A DNA stretch of 36,434 nucleotides, from assembly GCA_039621445.1 (NCBI GenBank), contig CP154954.1, forward strand, positions 28,762,417 through 28,798,850, given 5' to 3'. Shown piece by piece: positions 31,565 through 36,434 of the stretch. The position numbers were made by a program, and so were the translations under genes. How positions within the stretch are numbered: position 1 is the first letter of the stretch; the number at the start of each line of letters is the position of its first letter. The notes beneath the pieces were generated by a model, which was given only the letters and a program-made list of their open reading frames with translations, ran no database searches and was not told where the DNA came from. The stretch is from Euglena gracilis (lineage: Eukaryota).

Positions 31565-32600
31565 GTATGCCTCAGCATACCCACCTGTATGGAATATGAA
31601 CAATTTTTAATGAGCTGACTTGCTGCATTTAGAAATGTGTATATTTCAATCTGATTCATTGCCGTTCCTCGGGTGACGGCAGCACCCGGGGCCATGCAAC
31701 ACGCGGAGCCGCTCTCCAGGTGGGTGCCAAGGGGCCGTGTCTCGCCCGCTTGGATTGAGCCGTGGGTGGCCCTGAGGGTCGGCATACCCTTGGGGTCTAT
31801 GACGCGCCCACCCGCGGAGCATGAGCGCCCCGTCACCAGGCGGTCTGCCCCCACCAGCCGGGCGTCGGGGGCATCGACAAGGAAGGCCAGGCTGGATCCG
31901 AAACCGCCTGGCTCCTTTACCGCTGTGTGCGGAAAAGAGAGAGAGACGCGGGAAACCGCGGCCACCCCACAACGGGTGGAACAAAAGTCCCGGCCTTCCT
32001 TCCGGGCAACTAGCGCTTGCGAGCCCTTCGAGGCCAGGCGCATGGGACTGAAGCGCTTCCCCACACAGCCCAAGACGGCTAGGGGCTTGGAGTCCAGGTT
32101 GAGCCGACGCCGCAACCGCCCACGGCAAAAAGAATATGGGCTCCCGCCAGCTGACGCGGTTACAAACATCAGCTAGGCCACCCCACGCAGCAACCAAGGT
32201 GGTGCCTCTCGGCCTGCAAGCACTTGAGCGCAAAGTCCCGCCCGCACAGTCTCCAGTGCAAGTCGGCACAGAGGAAAGAGCCACGTGCGGGTGAAGCCCT
32301 TTACCCTCCTGGTGAGTCGCGGGTCGGGCTCCCCATACCTTGCTTGGGGTCGAAGCAAGTGGCTCTCTGCGGGAATTAATTGGCAGCTTTTGTCCCAAAA
32401 AAAGATGACTTTAGATAGATCGCCAAAACTCAAATGTGGAACTGGCACTCTGGAAATGAGTTGCAGAATGGCACGGCACATCTGATGATTCATTGAAAAA
32501 ATATTTCAGACAAACCGAAAAAAGGGCCCCAAACTACACCAAAATGGTGCAACACTTGCCTATGTGGACATGGCAATTTTCAGACAAATTTGTTTGCAAC

Positions 32601-32876
32601 CAGGGCAGGCAACTATTTTTTTTTTAGTGTTGGACCCGGGGGGGGAGAGGGGAGGGGGGTGGGTCCGGCCGACCCCCCCCCCCCGGAGGGTCCCCCCAGA
32701 GGGGGGTGGGATATATTTTTCAGTGTCGAAGGCGCGAAATTTTTGAAAAAGGTGCTATTTTTAGCATTTTCGCAATTTTTGGCCTTTTCGGGTAAAAGTG
32801 GGTTGGGTCCCCCGGGACCTCCCCCCGGTGGTGGGTGGGTGGGGGGACCCCCCCCCCCGGTTTTAAGAAAAACCCG
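32601..32876. mobile_element. hAT-like MITE (276 bp)
   Basis: CAGGG...AAAAACCCG ends; perfect TSD TTTGCAAC; G/C-tract interior similar to 35996-36281. Confidence 0.82.
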
Positions 32877-33347
32877 TTTGCAACCTCTCTGTCCCATAAA
32901 GCTCTGATGAGACACCAGATTCGTTGTTCTTTGCAGAGTCACACAGGAAGCATCTTTTAAAATTTTAAGCAATGGAAGGGAGGCGTGAATTTGAATTGTG
33001 CAATTTTTCGCACGTTTGGCATTTTTTTCTGTTTTCTTTTTTTTTTGCATGCCCTTGGAGGAAGGATGTACACGGGATATTTTGTGTAGTTTCAAAGGTT
33101 TTTATAGCTTTTCCCCCTGCCCCATGGACACACGCACTTGTCTGACAGAGTTAGTAAATCTGTTATCAAATTTCAATTCAGGGGAATATCAATAAAAAAA
33201 ATAGTATCAATCGATTCTCGAAATGCTTTTTTGTATTTGGCCATGAGATGGCCACAATTCAGCCGCAGGAATTGTGAAATTTTTGTTGTTCTTTTTATCC
33301 AGGGGCTTAGACGGCCGGGAATTCACTTTTCATTTTTGGTGGTTTTT

Positions 33348-36300
33348 TGCGCACCTGCGCATTCTTTTGTGACCAAGTGTGTCGCCATCACTTGACGGGG
33401 CGGCCGACCTGTCAACTGAAACCCCTGGTACCAAAGTGGGTACCACTGCTTTCGACCCCTGGGTTTTTTCCTGGGCAAACCGACTTTTTTCGTTTTGAAA
33501 ATGACGGTTTTGCACCTCCGCCGACCGAGGGAAAACCCCCATCTGCCGAAGTAGGTGCGACACAAAACACTGTTTTACGAGGACGAAACCTCGTCAGGTG
33601 GAGGCGTTGTACCTGTCGCTGTCCCCCCTGCTTTGTGGTGCCGAGTGAATGCGCAGGTGCGCATTCACCCTCCTCCCCGTCCTGGCCTGTTCCTGAAGCT
33701 TTGGACGGTTATTGTGGCTCCCGGGGGTGGTTGTGGGAAGGGGGTACCGTGGTCTCTACGGTTTGGGTGGAGAGGAGGTTCTGTGCTCTGTGCTGGAAGC
33801 AGGGCACGAGGGGGCGCTAGCGAATGTTTGGGGTGTGCGTGTAGTCTGTATTCAGAGAGTGGTGGGGTGTGTGTGTTAAAATCCACACCAGATGTCTGTA
33901 GGGGAGGGCTCGTCACCCTCCTCAGGCTGCCTGCTGTTTGCAATCCCACACGGTGCACTGCACCCCTCCTTGACACTTGCAGGCACAGCATCCCTCCAGT
34001 AACGCATGCAGTCTGCTCCTCATGTGCCTTCTCATAGGCACCACGGCACATCACCATGTGCGACCACCTGTGTTAGGTCTGACGTTTGGGATGTGGTGCT
34101 GGGTATGGAAGGGGGGGGGGCTGGCTTGCACTCCTCTCCTGTGTGACACTGGTTTTAAAAGCTACGGAGCGGAGCCCCACTTCAACCCTTTTTGCCACAG
34201 ACAACACCCTCCCGAACAGCCCTCACAAACGATGTAAAATGGCTCCTCTCCGAGCTTGCATGAGGCTCAAGAATGCGCACGTGCGCACTCTTGAGGCCAT
34301 TCCTTCGCTGGCTGGTTGTGATTATATCTGCAGGAGAGCAGGAGGGGAGCAGTGCTGGGCAACCACAAGAGTGCGCCTGCGCATTCCGTGAGGGGGAGTG
34401 CGCAGGTGCGCATTCTCTGTGCTGTGGGGAGCTGTGTCTCGCACTCCTGAACCCAGTGCCAGCACAGCATTGTGGCAGGGCCACTCCCATGGTGCACTGC
34501 TGGCCTTTTTGTTGACGATTTCAGAGGCATCTCATTGCACAGGTGGATGCCGCCAGAGCAGGGCGGACGTCTCCCTGGCTGTGCCTCCACCTTGTGTGCT
34601 GAGTTGTTGGGCATGGCCTTGTACAGCAACCTCCTCCTACCAGGTGCTTTAAGGGGAGACACAAGAAGGGAATGTGCATGTGCGCATTCACCCTGATGTG
34701 CCATGTTTGACTGCAGCCATCGCGGATGGGGTGTGTGGAGAAGGTGTGTGCATATGTGCTTTCCCTGGTCTTCACAGCGGCCAAGGGTTGTGCAGTTTGC
34801 AGTGTTGGTGCGTCGACTCTGAGTACATGATAAAAAAGGGTTCTATGTGGTGGGTGGTTTTTGTTGCCAGCAAGGCCACAGGTGGTGGTCATCCTCTGCC
34901 TTGTTTCGCTCCAGGGCTGCCTCGTCCTAGGACACCATACGATCCTCGCAGGAAGGTCTACTCTTCAGCCGTGTGGTTTCAAACCCAGGCCAGGCGGGGG
35001 AGTTGGCGTGGGTGGTGGCATACCCACCTGGGAGTGAAAATATTCGACGGTGTGGCTGTCATTCAAAGAAAGGCACAGGACGATTTTTTGCGCATGTGCG
35101 CATTCACCGACTTTTCATTCATGCCATGAAGGACTGCTGACCGCATTTGGGAATCAGGGTGCCCGTCACCGAGGAATTTCCTCGGGCACTGAAGTCCCTT
35201 TCTCATCCGTATGCCCTTGGTACGACACAGTGTAATACACAGAAAAAGCAGAACGAAAAATTTCCTTGGGTTTATCGGCAAGTTTTTGTTGTGATGTGCT
35301 TGTGCCTGTCACACGATCTCAAGGGCCTGGAGAAAATTTGGGGCAAGGACTAACCAGTGGTGTTCGCTTCTTTGAGTCCATTTGGATTGTGAATTAATTC
35401 TGTGTTTCACAGACCGTTTTTGGGAATGATGTCGAAGGTGGTGACAGGCGTGTTTCGCTCTCGGGGTGCCAACCCCGTGAGCTGTGTGTGGTACCAGACA
35501 CAATCCCCTGCGTTGACCCTAATTGTGGGGCACAGTGCTCCTGGCACCATGCACTGCAGCCCAACATAAGGTTGTTCAGGGAGCCAAATAGCTGTGTGAT
35601 GCCATGCACGCTCTGGGGCGTGGGGTCGGACAACGCTGGCAGCAGCCTCCCTATCACCTCCCCCAGGTGGGGGACGGTTGCATGTGCGTTGTGACTTGCT
35701 CCACATGTTCATTAGAGCAGTGTCACTCGGCTGGGCACTGGACTGCAGCGGGTGAAGTGGAATGCGCAGGTGCGCATTCTGATTTGTTCGGTGACTTGCA
35801 CTGCAGCGGGTTAGTTCCCCTGTCACTGAAGGACATTAATTCGTGCCTTGACACCTGCCGTCGCCGAGCCCAGGGTTTTCTATGCTGCTGCAGGTGTCGT
35901 GTATCAGGGTGTTGTCTAGTACCGCGACATGGTTGCCCAGGGTGATTTTGTTGGTGCATCTCCCCCTCACACACCCATGTTCTGCAAGCCCGAAACAGGC
36001 TTCTTTTTAAGTCACCTGACCCCCCCCCCCCCGGGGGGGGGGGGTGGGGGGGGTGGGCCCGGGCCGGACCCCCCCCCCGGGGGGGGGGTCCCGCGCCGGA
36101 GGCGCTGGGTATACCTTTTCGGCGCGAAGCGCCGAAAATTTTTGAAAATTGCCTTTAACGGGCCCGATTTTGGGAGGGTCCCCGGACCCCCCCCCCCACC
36201 CGTGTGGGGGGATCCCGCGCCACCCTTGGTGGTTGGGGGGGGCCCCCCCCCCCCCCCCCGGGGGTCTTAAAAAGAAGCCTGGCCAAAAACCACATCACAG

Positions 36301-36427
36301 CGGTGCACAGCTCGCATTCAAGGCAGGCAAACAACAGGCCATACCCAGTGTGCCCTTCAATGCGAGTGTGCACATTCCCCCTTCCCATAGCCTGTGCCCA
36401 TTCCAAAAAATGCGCACCTGCGCATTC
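33348..36427. repeat. Cluster of ~10 dispersed 20-bp palindromes GAATGCGCA-NN-TGCGCATTC
   Basis: Copies start at about 33348, 33647, 34271, 34369, 34396, 34670, 35089, 35760, 36359 and 36409. Confidence 0.85.
35996..36281. mobile_element. hAT-like MITE (286 bp), longer relative of 7971-8063
   Basis: 16-bp TIR CAGGCTTCTTTTTAAG / CTTAAAAAGAAGCCTG; degenerate TSD GCCCGAAA/GCCAAAAA. Confidence 0.85.
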
Positions 36428-36434
36428 TTTGAGG

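Noticed and set aside
31486-32398. Overlapping 167-250 aa ORFs as SNM1 continuation or a separate gene
   Set aside because: The expected YCSxxT motif is absent and no domain was recognised; the region is probably intronic.
33348-36427. CRISPR-like reading of the palindrome cluster
   Set aside because: Spacing is highly irregular (tens to hundreds of bp), with no leader or cas genes.

Overview
Eukaryotic nuclear DNA that is intron-rich and dense in short transposons. It is most likely from a euglenid (Euglenida), inferred from the mix of GT-AG introns (donors mostly GTRYGY) with non-GT-AG 'nonconventional' introns that have Y|R junctions and base-paired ends. None of the ORF-track entries is a complete gene; the real genes are spliced. 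(1) An essentially complete ~18 kb + strand gene (9939-27895, 11-12 exons, roughly 365 aa) encodes a zinc-independent MDR-family NAD(P)H:quinone oxidoreductase of the PIG3/zeta-crystallin type with a probable mitochondrial presequence. At least two of its introns are nonconventional and one junction is unresolved. (2) The first three recognisable exons (30057-31564) of an SNM1/PSO2 (DCLRE1-type) beta-CASP metallo-beta-lactamase nuclease carry HFHTDH; the rest probably lies beyond the window. (3) A low-confidence spliced + strand gene of unknown product lies at ~3.3-8.4 kb. The remainder is non-autonomous DNA transposons (CAG...CTG elements with 8-bp target-site duplications, hAT-like, and TA-flanked C/G-tract MITEs), two clusters of dispersed TGCGC palindromes, and simple repeats. 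Main observation: a CAG...CTG element plus one 8-bp TSD split 3+5 gives exactly the N3-CAG...CTG-N5 geometry of the nonconventional introns. Most TSDs here also place C|A at the splice point, so these elements look pre-adapted to be spliced out without a scar. All coordinates were read by eye and no searches were run.
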